A stretch of DNA of 64,000 nt, taken from sequence record PQ898399.1, one strand, 5' to 3'. Every line of letters starts with the position of its first letter. Within the stretch, counting starts at the first letter, position 1. Shown in pieces: positions 6,143-14,956 of this stretch. The notes below the pieces were generated by a model. It was given only the letters and a program-made list of their open reading frames with translations, was not told where the DNA came from and did no database searches. A program made the position numbers and the translations under genes.

Positions 6143-6170
6143 CAACAATAAACTAACACGGAACCCTATT

Positions 6171-6827
6171 ATGCTTAACTTTAAAGAATTTATTACAGAA
6201 TCTAGCTTCAACATGATTACCGAAGCTGGAGAACGCATGACTAAAATGAAGTGGCAGAGTGCTATGGATTTAGTTCCTCCTGGCGAACGTAACGACTTCA
6301 TGAAATTTGCTGCATCAGTCCAAAAACTTTATGGTATTGGAACTTCTAATCCACAAGATTATTACAAAGTACAAAATGCTTTTAAAACTCTGAGAGGCAT
6401 TAAATCTCCGGCAAAAGCACCAAAAGAACCTAAAGCTGCTACAGTGAAAGCTCCTGCTCCTAAAGCGGCACCAGCAGTTAAACCTGCAGCTCCAGTTCAG
6501 ACACCTAAAGCGACGCCGGCTCCTAAAGTTGATAAAGGCTTGTATGACTTTGACGTTAAGGGCATTGTAAACAAGTATGAAAAAATTCTTGTTCTTCTGA
6601 ATGAAATTGCTAAAGAAGGCTCAGTTCTTAAAACTCAATTTGCTAAAATTCGCAAAGGAAGGAATATCAGCAATATCGATACTCCTGAGTTGATGAACCT
6701 TTATACTTCGATAGAAACGGCAGCTTACACCGCATCTATTGCCAAAGATGTTCGAAATTACATGCGAACAGCTCAGACTGTTGTTGAAGACGCTAAAGTA
6801 CTCCGCAAGAAAGAAACAGGTAAGTAA
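6171..6827 (+). CDS. putative internal head protein (218 aa)
   Basis: late promoter; N-terminus MLNFKEFITE resembles T4 capsid-targeting/gp21 cleavage leader; Pro/Ala/Lys linker. Confidence 0.7.
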   Translation: MLNFKEFITESSFNMITEAGERMTKMKWQSAMDLVPPGERNDFMKFAASVQKLYGIGTSNPQDYYKVQNAFKTLRGIKSPAKAPKEPKAATVKAPAPKAAPAVKPAAPVQTPKATPAPKVDKGLYDFDVKGIVNKYEKILVLLNEIAKEGSVLKTQFAKIRKGRNISNIDTPELMNLYTSIETAAYTASIAKDVRNYMRTAQTVVEDAKVLRKKETGK

Positions 6828-6834
6828 TTTGTGC

Positions 6835-6870
6835 GCCCTGGGTATCTCTATGACACTCAGGGCATTTTTT
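6835..6870 (+). terminator. rho-independent terminator
   Basis: gccctgggt...actcagggc + atttttt. Confidence 0.75.
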
Positions 6871-6904
6871 GTATGTATAGCCAATGGTTTAATCATTCTC
6901 TTCT

Positions 6905-6936
6905 AGAAAGTTCCTCTCAGCCGTTCTAGTGAATCC
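6905..6936. repeat. 32-bp intergenic repeat, copy 1 (copy 2 at 30455-30486)
   Basis: agaaagttcctctca[g/a]ccgttct[a/g]gtgaatcc, 30/32 identical. Confidence 0.85.
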
Positions 6937-6967
6937 AAATCCATCTTTAAAAATTTTTTCACTTGCC

Positions 6968-6996
6968 GTTTACATTGGTTCTAGATGTGTTATTAT
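6968..6996 (+). promoter_or_regulatory. T4-type early promoter
   Basis: GTTTAC(-35), 17 nt, TATTAT(-10). Confidence 0.75.
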
Positions 6997-7028
6997 AGCT
7001 CCATCAAAAACAAACGGAGTAAAAGAAA

Positions 7029-7289
7029 ATGTTCAACATCATCACAGAAAAACTTGCTAAGAACGGTCATTCAGATTTAGCAAATTCTTTAAACGATATC
7101 AAAAGCATTAAGCAATTTGTATGGGACACTTATCGTTATGCTGCTTTAGGTAATGATGATGGTCGTTGGTTTACTATCGTGATTGCTCGCGATTCTCTTA
7201 ACACTTTCAACGTTCGCCCGGTAGCTTTGACCAAGACCTACCATAAAGACGACGAAGCAGCTGAAAAATATTTCAACAGAATGAAATAA
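7029..7289 (+). CDS. hypothetical early protein
   Basis: GGAG RBS, downstream of early promoter. Confidence 0.75.
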   Translation: MFNIITEKLAKNGHSDLANSLNDIKSIKQFVWDTYRYAALGNDDGRWFTIVIARDSLNTFNVRPVALTKTYHKDDEAAEKYFNRMK

Positions 7290-7293
7290 AATT

Positions 7294-7333
7294 GTTTACA
7301 ATGATGAGGTAGTATGATATTATTACCTCATCA
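7294..7333 (+). promoter_or_regulatory. early promoter with stem-loop
   Basis: GTTTAC then inverted repeat tgatgaggta/tacctcatca around the -10. Confidence 0.75.
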
Positions 7334-7358
7334 AAACAAAATTGAATCGGAGAATAAA

Positions 7359-7559
7359 ATGACAACTTTCAATACTTCTACAATCCATGAAATTACTAAC
7401 AATTTCGGTGAAGTTACTCATTATCGTGCAATCCTGAATACCGGTGACCATGAGTATCATGTGACTGACATTGTTGAAGCTAAAGATGTCAAAGACGTAA
7501 TTGAGTATTCTATTACTAACTGGCCTACTGCTAAGCTGGTAATCGGTCATCGTATGTGA
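7359..7559 (+). CDS. hypothetical early protein
   Basis: GGAG RBS before ATG 7359. Confidence 0.75.
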   Translation: MTTFNTSTIHEITNNFGEVTHYRAILNTGDHEYHVTDIVEAKDVKDVIEYSITNWPTAKLVIGHRM

Positions 7560-7570
7560 GGAACATAATT

Positions 7571-7807
7571 ATGCATTATCCTGATAAAGCAAGAGCTGCT
7601 GCCCAGACGTATTTTAGTTCGTTTTATCGTCTGTTTGGTAAAACTCCAAACTTCCCGTCAGGTGAAGAACGGCAAGCTGCTCTTGATACAATAACTCGTA
7701 TCATTGCAGATGGTATGCAAAAGTATGGCAATGACCCAGCAGTAATGCGCATCATTGATTGCGATGTGCTAGATAAAATGGAAGAACTCATCAATTCATA
7801 TGAGTAA
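7571..7807 (+). CDS. hypothetical protein
   Basis: GAGGA RBS before ATG 7571. Confidence 0.7.
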   Translation: MHYPDKARAAAQTYFSSFYRLFGKTPNFPSGEERQAALDTITRIIADGMQKYGNDPAVMRIIDCDVLDKMEELINSYE

Positions 7808-7861
7808 TGCTTTAAAAATTTGATTTAAAATAACTCTACTTTAAACTGAAAGGAAATAAAC

Positions 7862-8464
7862 ATGGCTATTCTGAAGAAAATTGTTGAATTCATCCGCATC
7901 AAACTGGGCACCTTCATGACCAAGAACACTTCGGTAGAAGACCAGATGACACATGCTGCTGAGCATATTATCTCTGAAGTTCATAAACTGAAAACTCGTC
8001 ATGTGACGGCAACACGTGAAATTAACGATAAACTTAAAGCTGCTGCAGAAAAAGATGCACAAGCTGAAAGTAAAGAAAAAGAAATTCGCCGAATTCTGGC
8101 TGAAAATCCTAACGCTGACGTACAGACCCATGCTAAACTTGGTCTTCTGTATCGTCGTACCGCAGAAGCTCTGCGTAACAAAGCAACTGAACTGACACAG
8201 ATGCTCACTGAAATTGAAAATACTGTTGTAGCTCTGGACGATCAGCGCGAAGACCTTAAAGTGAAACTCGAGTACATCCGTGAAACTCGTGCTGCTAACT
8301 CCATGGGTCTGGACAATGTAGCAGATATCATCGAATCTGCATCTCTGATGAAAGTTGATGTACAGACTACTCTGTCTCGTATTGATACCTTCAACACCAC
8401 TCCGGCTGGTATTGAAACCACCACCGCCGACCTCCAGGAATATCTGGAAAGTCTGAAAGGCTAA
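7862..8464 (+). CDS. e.6: T4 e.6-like coiled-coil protein
   Basis: LKKIVEFIR.KLG, HAKLGLLYRRTAE, KLEYIRETRAAN motifs. Confidence 0.85.
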   Translation: MAILKKIVEFIRIKLGTFMTKNTSVEDQMTHAAEHIISEVHKLKTRHVTATREINDKLKAAAEKDAQAESKEKEIRRILAENPNADVQTHAKLGLLYRRTAEALRNKATELTQMLTEIENTVVALDDQREDLKVKLEYIRETRAANSMGLDNVADIIESASLMKVDVQTTLSRIDTFNTTPAGIETTTADLQEYLESLKG

Positions 8465-8516
8465 GAAATACACCGGGGAGAAATCCCCGGTTTTCGGGAT
8501 AATAGAGGAGAAGATT

Positions 8517-9182
8517 ATGGCTTTTTATGATGATTTTAATGAACCTAAGAAAGAGTCTAAAGTTATCACAAAGGGTACTGGAAATAAGTTTGGGAAATAT
8601 GTTCGTAGCCAATTAGAATATTCTGGTATGCCAAAACGTTTAATCAATATCATTGAACCTTTGGCTCCGGCATACGATGATTGTTCTTTGCGTATGGACG
8701 ATCATCAGCTTAAAGAACGAAAAGTTCCAGGCCACGTTTACATCAACAGCTTGAAAGATGCTCGTCGTATGCTTTCTGCTTTAATTGCTGACGGATGCAG
8801 TATTGCTTATAAGGGTGCGCATTCATATCATTATTCATCAATTTCATTGAATAATTTGACTTCTGAAGTTCGAAAAGAAGGCGAAGGACACCGTTATTCA
8901 ATGGGTCATTGGTTCTGTGGAGCTATTGAAGTTCACTACAATACTCGTGGTGGAAAGTTTATTTTCTCATTTATTGCTGATAATAATCTTGAAGAAGCTC
9001 AATCATTCCGTGGCCCATCACGAGAATATCTTGTTAAGCATTTTTCAGCTGAAATGAATAATCTTGTAGAAAAACTCCAGGTTCCTGGAAGCCATATCGG
9101 AGCAGACGTTTCCGATTTCATTAACTACTGCCGTGGGCAGATTGCAAAGAGAACAAGAAATGAACAAAGTAATTCAGATTGA
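8517..9182 (+). CDS. hypothetical protein
   Basis: GAGGAG RBS, 221 aa. Confidence 0.8.
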   Translation: MAFYDDFNEPKKESKVITKGTGNKFGKYVRSQLEYSGMPKRLINIIEPLAPAYDDCSLRMDDHQLKERKVPGHVYINSLKDARRMLSALIADGCSIAYKGAHSYHYSSISLNNLTSEVRKEGEGHRYSMGHWFCGAIEVHYNTRGGKFIFSFIADNNLEEAQSFRGPSREYLVKHFSAEMNNLVEKLQVPGSHIGADVSDFINYCRGQIAKRTRNEQSNSD

Positions 9183-9444
9183 AATTCCTGAATATAACGA
9201 CCGTAAATCTGCTGCAGCAGCTATTGCAAAACTTCTGGAGCAGTCAGAAGAAATTGAACAAGCTGCTGAAGTTATCGCTGATGAACATTGTTTGACTTTT
9301 GATGTAGGTGATTATGGAAACGGCCGTACTTATTATCCAGTAGGCTATGACGCTCATTGGCTTGTAGGTCATCATGGTGTAGAAGTTGATGAAAATGAAA
9401 AACTTGTAGAAGGCGTTTGGCTTTCTTCCTCTGATATGTGCTAA
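9160..9444 (+). CDS. hypothetical protein with C-terminal WLSSSDMC
   Basis: ATG 9160, ORF track. Confidence 0.75.
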   Translation: MNKVIQIEIPEYNDRKSAAAAIAKLLEQSEEIEQAAEVIADEHCLTFDVGDYGNGRTYYPVGYDAHWLVGHHGVEVDENEKLVEGVWLSSSDMC

Positions 9445-9452
9445 GGTAAATT

Positions 9453-9686
9453 ATGACTAAAACTCGTGAAGAAAAACGTAAAGAAATCGAAGAAGTTGCA
9501 GTTGAAGTAGCTAAACTTCTTGGTAAACTTGAAACTATGGCGAATGAAGCTTCTTTTGGCATGGAAGTTTCTGGCGGATATCTGACCTTTAACGATTGGC
9601 AGTCTTCTGATTGCTATGGCGAAGGTAACTCTGAGACCTTTGGGGTTAACGAGGATGGCTCTGTGTGGTATACTAGCAGCTGTTAA
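9453..9686 (+). CDS. hypothetical protein with WQSSDC and C-terminal WYTSSC
   Basis: ORF track. Confidence 0.75.
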   Translation: MTKTREEKRKEIEEVAVEVAKLLGKLETMANEASFGMEVSGGYLTFNDWQSSDCYGEGNSETFGVNEDGSVWYTSSC

Positions 9687-10093
9687 TGGTAATATATGGG
9701 GAGACTGAAAAGTTTCCCCAGAATCACTGGAGGAACACTATGAAAGGCTTAAATCCTAATTACTGCTATATCATTGACCATTATTTTTACTATCCGAACA
9801 AATATGGAAGCCATGATAGTTGTTGTCTTTCTGCACTCATGAATGTTGTGATTTGTAACGGAAAACTTGATACCGGAATCAGAGAAGCTGCTGGCGACAT
9901 CATAATTCAACTCAGTGAAAGAGAACATCCATGGGATTCTCTTCCTGACCAAATCTTTGACTTGCTAGGTGGTTGGAATTGGAAAGAATGTTATCCAATT
10001 AAGACCCCAGAAGAACCTATTGAAAATTTCATAAGAATTTGTAGAAAGAACCAGAGAAAGAACCGTTTACAACAGAAGTCAAGTGTGTTATAG
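9686..10093 (+). CDS. hypothetical protein (start may be 9740)
   Basis: ORF track; GGAGG RBS precedes the internal ATG. Confidence 0.6.
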   Translation: MVIYGETEKFPQNHWRNTMKGLNPNYCYIIDHYFYYPNKYGSHDSCCLSALMNVVICNGKLDTGIREAAGDIIIQLSEREHPWDSLPDQIFDLLGGWNWKECYPIKTPEEPIENFIRICRKNQRKNRLQQKSSVL

Positions 10094-10122
10094 TAGTTCT
10101 ACAGTCTAAAGAGGAAAATATT

Positions 10123-11040
10123 ATGTTGCTGGTTATTGGTTCTCGAGCACTACATCACCATGGTCTCATTGATTATAGTGATGTTAAGAACTCTGATTGG
10201 GATTTCATTGCGTCTCCAGGCGAATGGCTTCATTTCAAAAACCGTATGAACGGCACAGAGGTTGAAGTTCAATCTCCTAATGTACAAGCTTTCAAATGCA
10301 TGCACAACGGTCGTGAGACTTATTTTGAAGCATACATTTTTGAATATAACGACGAGAGTTCATCTGAACTGCTTGCTCACTACGCAGTATTTAATGGATG
10401 CTATGATGCGCTTTCACAGATGTATTGGGCAACTCCTGAGATGTGCTTAGCAATTAAGTTGTCTCATCGATTCAAGAAGAACACTCGTTTCTTCCAAAAG
10501 ACTATGCATCATATTCGTTTCTTGCGTAATAAAGGAATTGTTTTAGACAGTAAACTGAAAAAGATTTCTGAACTGCGCCAGAAAGAAACGTTAGCATATT
10601 CTCATCCTAATCTGGATGTAGATAAAGATTCTTTCTTTAAAGACGATTTTTATATCTACGACCACGATTCAATTCACGAAGCGGTGGCCTTAGCTGGTCG
10701 TCCTGCTTATACTTTCTACATGAAAGATGGCTCTGAAGTGATGACTTCAAAAGAGAAGTTCGATTCTCTTCCTGAAGAACTCAAGCTTGCAGGTGTATAT
10801 GAAGAAACTTGTGTACTTGCTTTAGAACGTCATCAAATTCCAAATAATTTCAACCCGGACCCTACTGGTTCATTTATGTACGCTTTGGAAAAAGTTTGTA
10901 CTAGCATTACATCTGGATGGTTCCGTGAATATGCATGGGAAAACTACCATAAGATAGTTGCAATGCATAAGAAACTTGGAAAGACAGATTATGTCAAACG
11001 CTTTAAACAAAACTTTGATATGATTCGTCCGTTCAAATGA
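10123..11040 (+). CDS. putative Pol-beta-fold nucleotidyltransferase-like protein
   Basis: N-terminal hIGSRAL...SDWDFI (GS...DxD) signature; early promoter GTTTAC at ~10064. Confidence 0.55.
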   Translation: MLLVIGSRALHHHGLIDYSDVKNSDWDFIASPGEWLHFKNRMNGTEVEVQSPNVQAFKCMHNGRETYFEAYIFEYNDESSSELLAHYAVFNGCYDALSQMYWATPEMCLAIKLSHRFKKNTRFFQKTMHHIRFLRNKGIVLDSKLKKISELRQKETLAYSHPNLDVDKDSFFKDDFYIYDHDSIHEAVALAGRPAYTFYMKDGSEVMTSKEKFDSLPEELKLAGVYEETCVLALERHQIPNNFNPDPTGSFMYALEKVCTSITSGWFREYAWENYHKIVAMHKKLGKTDYVKRFKQNFDMIRPFK

Positions 11041-11041
11041 T

Positions 11042-11059
11042 AAAGGGCCTTCGGGCCCT
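11042..11059 (+). terminator. cUUCGg hairpin
   Basis: agggcc-TTCG-ggccct. Confidence 0.65.
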
Positions 11060-11073
11060 ATGAGGAAAATAAA

Positions 11074-11448
11074 ATGAATTCAAATGAACTTAAAGCTAAA
11101 ATTGCTAAAATAGATTCTTTCTCAACCAAAACCAGATATATTCTCACTAAAAATGAAAAGCTCTGCTGGGTTGTAGGATTGTCAATATACGCAATTATTT
11201 TGTTTTTGGGCTGGTCTGATATCACAAATCTTCCAAAAGAAGAAAGAGCTGACTCTGCCGGAGCAATGGCTGCGTTCACATGCTTTGGTTGGGGAATGTT
11301 TGCAATCATAGTTATGCTGATTGGCGAATTTGTTAATTTTATTGCTCAAAATTTAATTTGCATGCGAAGAAATAGAATAGTGTCAAAGCTTGGTAAAGCT
11401 GAACGGTTTGAAAGCTTTATTGACGATTGCCGTAGAGCGAGGAAATGA
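11074..11448 (+). CDS. membrane protein, T4 e.2/e.3/e.4-like family
   Basis: 2 hydrophobic helices; C-terminal ESFIDDCR. Confidence 0.75.
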   Translation: MNSNELKAKIAKIDSFSTKTRYILTKNEKLCWVVGLSIYAIILFLGWSDITNLPKEERADSAGAMAAFTCFGWGMFAIIVMLIGEFVNFIAQNLICMRRNRIVSKLGKAERFESFIDDCRRARK

Positions 11449-11804
11449 TCATGGGATATCAACCAAGAAGTGAATTAAGAGAATTTGAATATAAAGTAGA
11501 CTTTTGGCACATGATGGTAATTTTAGCTTTTAGTTCAGTAATAGTGCTTATAATTTTTATTCCAGCTTTGATACTAAATGATGGAGTTTATGCTCCAATT
11601 TGGGTTGTAACATCAATGCTTATTTCTATTCCAGTTTTAATTTGGTCACATGGAAAATCTAACGACATCGCAATTTGGTGGGTGATGCGACCAGAAAATA
11701 AACGTTTAGCTGAACAGAATGCTAAAGTTCTTCGTAATAGAATAATTCGAGAATCAGAAGAATTCATTACGGAATGCCGAGGTAAAAATGAAATACAATC
11801 CTAA
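11445..11804 (+). CDS. membrane protein, same family
   Basis: 2 hydrophobic helices; EEFITECR. Confidence 0.75.
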   Translation: MIMGYQPRSELREFEYKVDFWHMMVILAFSSVIVLIIFIPALILNDGVYAPIWVVTSMLISIPVLIWSHGKSNDIAIWWVMRPENKRLAEQNAKVLRNRIIRESEEFITECRGKNEIQS

Positions 11805-12126
11805 AATGAATATCAGACATTTTGAACGAGAAATTGAAGATAGATTCAAGTCGAAATACGAAGACGACGTTTGTTGGGCAATTATTATACTTACTGTCTT
11901 CATATCAAATTTCGTAGTTTGGTGGTTCAATGGATTTGTAGCTGAAATGATTATCTCTGTACCACTAAGCGCATTATGTTCACTATTCGTTGTCATTGTT
12001 GTTGCTTCTTTTATTAAGTGGTGTTATTGTAAAATTCATGTTAAATTGTTTACTAAAGCCAAAGCTGCTTATGATAACAAACAAAATTTAGAGAATTTTA
12101 TTTCAGAATGCAGGACTAAACGATGA
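11788..12126 (+). CDS. membrane protein, same family
   Basis: 2 hydrophobic helices; ENFISECR. Confidence 0.75.
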   Translation: MKYNPKMNIRHFEREIEDRFKSKYEDDVCWAIIILTVFISNFVVWWFNGFVAEMIISVPLSALCSLFVVIVVASFIKWCYCKIHVKLFTKAKAAYDNKQNLENFISECRTKR

Positions 12127-12485
12127 TTAAAACATTATTTCGCGGATTTCAAGACGCTGGTTCATATGATAATTTCGGATGGGCCGCTTGTACAATAATT
12201 ATTTGCTTTATGTTCACAATGCTTTATGGATTTGGAACATATTGGGGATTGTACTTCTTTAGTCCTTTGTATGGTGAACAATTGCTTTTCGTCGGTTGGA
12301 TGTCTGGCATTTTAACTCCATTCTACTGGATTGGAAAGTGGTTATTTTATCTTGGGCAGGTTCAACGTGGAACTTTTGACCAAAAACGAGAATGGAAACT
12401 TTTTAAACGGAAATCTAAGCCTAAAGAAATTCCACCAGGTGAAGATGCTTTAAATTTCATTCAAGGTATTAGAGGTGAACGATGA
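12123..12485 (+). CDS. membrane protein, divergent family member
   Basis: 2 hydrophobic helices; LNFIQGIR. Confidence 0.7.
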   Translation: MIKTLFRGFQDAGSYDNFGWAACTIIICFMFTMLYGFGTYWGLYFFSPLYGEQLLFVGWMSGILTPFYWIGKWLFYLGQVQRGTFDQKREWKLFKRKSKPKEIPPGEDALNFIQGIRGER

Positions 12486-12793
12486 GTTGTCCAGCTACAA
12501 TTTTTACTTCGCTTAATGGCGAAATCAATGGTTCAGTCCATCACAATTGGGGATGGATTCCTCCATCCGATTATGAAGTTGCGGTTAAAGTTTTACGTAT
12601 CGTTGAAAATGTTCCAGGAGAAATGCGCAACGGCCAGTTAGCCGCTAAATGGGATAAGCTTTACATTCCACCGTTTGGTAATATGCTAAAAGAAAAGTAC
12701 TGGGATATGTACGATACACTGAAGAACATTCACTATGGTCTGATGGACCGTAAAGATTTTAAACTGTCTGACTTCTTAGAGGAAAAGGTATGA
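12482..12793 (+). CDS. hypothetical protein
   Basis: coupled ORF. Confidence 0.7.
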   Translation: MSCPATIFTSLNGEINGSVHHNWGWIPPSDYEVAVKVLRIVENVPGEMRNGQLAAKWDKLYIPPFGNMLKEKYWDMYDTLKNIHYGLMDRKDFKLSDFLEEKV

Positions 12794-13020
12794 GTATTGC
12801 AGTATTTGTAAAATCTGAATCAGCTGATTCTTACTTGTACTCTTTCAATGATAATGAGTCAGTTGATGATATTCGTAATCGTTTGTCAACGGACCTGGAA
12901 ATGTTCACTCCAATTAGTGATTGGATGGTAGAAGGTTCATTTGACTGCGATGAAGATATGATTGAAGAAGTTGAGTCAATCATGCAAAGACTTCGTGAAA
13001 TTAGTTGGGGTGAAATTTGA
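12790..13020 (+). CDS. hypothetical acidic protein
   Basis: coupled ORF. Confidence 0.7.
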   Translation: MSIAVFVKSESADSYLYSFNDNESVDDIRNRLSTDLEMFTPISDWMVEGSFDCDEDMIEEVESIMQRLREISWGEI

Positions 13021-13496
13021 GTAAGAAAATTAAAGAAGTCTCTGCTGGCATTCTGTTCTTTACAAAAGACAAAGAACTGTTCATGGGTCGAGTAACTAAT
13101 TCCGGACTAGGCGGTGGACCATCTCGTTGGGATATTCCAAAGGGTCATATTGAACCTGGTGAATCTCCCCTCGAAGCTGCTGTTCGCGAGTGTCGAGAAG
13201 AAAGTGGATTCGTCGATTATAATCCAGGACATCTAGTGGACCTAGGCCGCCATGATTATGCTAGCAATAAAGATATACATATCTTTGAATATCCGTTCCC
13301 AGTGGAACACTCTCAATTCAGAGATTGTATTTGCACGGCATATCATACAGATGAAGACGGAAATGAATTCCCGGAGATTGATGCTTTTGCTTTGATTCAT
13401 CCACGCATGTGGAATGTAGTAATGGGTCCAAGTCTTTTCTCAGTTATGCAGAAACTTTATCCAAAGGTCATTCAAGACGCTCTTTGGGAATGCTAA
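13017..13496 (+). CDS. nudE: Nudix hydrolase (T4 e.1)
   Basis: WDIPKG..E.GESPLEAAVRECREESG Nudix box; synteny with e. Confidence 0.92.
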   Translation: MSKKIKEVSAGILFFTKDKELFMGRVTNSGLGGGPSRWDIPKGHIEPGESPLEAAVRECREESGFVDYNPGHLVDLGRHDYASNKDIHIFEYPFPVEHSQFRDCICTAYHTDEDGNEFPEIDAFALIHPRMWNVVMGPSLFSVMQKLYPKVIQDALWEC

Positions 13497-13503
13497 ATAA
13501 ATA

Positions 13504-13523
13504 CTCCTATCAACTGATAGGAG
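13504..13523 (+). promoter_or_regulatory. RBS-sequestering hairpin upstream of lysozyme gene
   Basis: ctcctatc-aact-gataggag covers the GGAGG RBS, as known for T4 gene e. Confidence 0.75.
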
Positions 13524-13529
13524 GTCCTC

Positions 13530-14024
13530 ATGGACATTTTTGGCATGCTTCGTATCGATGAAGGATACGATTCTAAAATCTATAAAGATACCGAAGGTTT
13601 TTGGACAATCGGTATTGGTCACCTTTTAACACGTGACCCTTCTCTTGATGTTGCTAAACGAGAACTTGATAAGCTTGTGGGGCGTCCATGTAATGGTCAA
13701 ATCACAAAAGCTGAAGCAGAAGCTATTTTTGCGAAAGACGTCGATAAAGCAACTCGAGGGATTCTCGGAAATGCTGTATTAAAACCAGTATATGATGTAC
13801 TTGATGGAGTTCGTCGTGCTGCACTTATTAATATGGTGTTTCAGATGGGCGTAACAGGTGTAGCTGGTTTCCCAGCATCAATGCGTCTGCTTAAATCAAA
13901 ACAGTGGGAAGCAGCTGCAAAAGAGCTTGCTAATTCCAAGTGGTATCGTCAGACACCAAATCGTGCTAAACGAGTAATTGAAACATTCCGAGTTGGAACA
14001 TGGAAAGCATATGAAAACCTATAA
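13530..14024 (+). CDS. e: T4-type lysozyme (endolysin)
   Basis: [24 protein letters not shown]; 164 aa; [10 protein letters not shown]. Confidence 0.98.
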   Translation: MDIFGMLRIDEGYDSKIYKDTEGFWTIGIGHLLTRDPSLDVAKRELDKLVGRPCNGQITKAEAEAIFAKDVDKATRGILGNAVLKPVYDVLDGVRRAALINMVFQMGVTGVAGFPASMRLLKSKQWEAAAKELANSKWYRQTPNRAKRVIETFRVGTWKAYENL

Positions 14025-14307
14025 TGAATTTTTAAATGAAGCAGCTGAACAAAAGCGAGTTCCAGGTGGTTATATCTGGATTGAAGAAATTAAGCCTGGC
14101 GAAGATATGGGAACTTACAAAGTGACCATTGACGACCCTAAAGGAAAAGGTCGAATTACTTTGAAAGATAACATTGCTGGTTATAAGGCTGCTCGAACAG
14201 TCGCGACCGGTCACATGCGCAAAATTATGGTTGATAACCCTTCCAATAAATTTGCAGCTAAAGTGTTCCGTCGTATTGGTAATAAGCTTCACGACCCGTT
14301 TAGTTAA
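14011..14307 (+). CDS. internal head protein
   Basis: [10 protein letters not shown] capsid-targeting leader; position of T4 ipII/ipIII. Confidence 0.8.
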   Translation: MKTYNEFLNEAAEQKRVPGGYIWIEEIKPGEDMGTYKVTIDDPKGKGRITLKDNIAGYKAARTVATGHMRKIMVDNPSNKFAAKVFRRIGNKLHDPFS

Positions 14308-14365
14308 CAGTTTACATCTTAAAGATTTTGTGATATGATGTCCTCCTAAACCAATGGAGGACACT

Positions 14366-14779
14366 ATGACTCGCATTAATCTTACACTCGTTTCTGAACT
14401 AGCCGACCAGCATCTCATTGCTGAATACCGCGAGCTTCCACGAGTTTTTGGAGCTGTTCGTAAGCATGTTGCTAATGGTAAAAAGGTCTGGCAGTTTAAG
14501 ATTTCTGAACACTTTATTCTTGGTTCAGGCCATGTAACGTTCTTTTATAACAAACTTGAATTTCTTCGTAAGCGACAAGAAGCTATCATTGCTGAATGTT
14601 TGAAACGAGGTTTCAATATAAAAGACACAACAGTTGATATTAGTGACATTCCGCCCGAGTGGTGCAATGACTATATTCCAACTGACCGTGCTATTCGTTT
14701 GTCTCAAGAACGTTTAAACGAGAAAATTGCTCAACGCCCTGAGTGGTACAAGCATTATGGAGTAGCTATCTACTCTTAA
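14366..14779 (+). CDS. denV: endonuclease V (pyrimidine-dimer glycosylase)
   Basis: [41 protein letters not shown]. Confidence 0.97.
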   Translation: MTRINLTLVSELADQHLIAEYRELPRVFGAVRKHVANGKKVWQFKISEHFILGSGHVTFFYNKLEFLRKRQEAIIAECLKRGFNIKDTTVDISDIPPEWCNDYIPTDRAIRLSQERLNEKIAQRPEWYKHYGVAIYS

Positions 14780-14790
14780 AAAGCCAACCT

Positions 14791-14892
14791 GGACCTCTCC
14801 TCATGAACGTCGTGTCCTCTGAGTGAAGTAGCTTCTGGTACCTGTGAAAAGGTCGAGCCCAAGTGCGGTAAAGCCAGTTACAATCAGGGTCC
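14791..14892 (+). ncRNA. candidate structured intergenic RNA between denV and vs.8
   Basis: closing ggacct/gggtcc, inner ctca/tgag, ctgg/ccag, acct-gtgaaa-aggt. Confidence 0.45.
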
Positions 14893-14956
14893 TAGCAATC
14901 CCGCTAGCTGATGGAAATTCTTGAGCCATGGAAGGCCCTCACTAACGGTAAACAAA

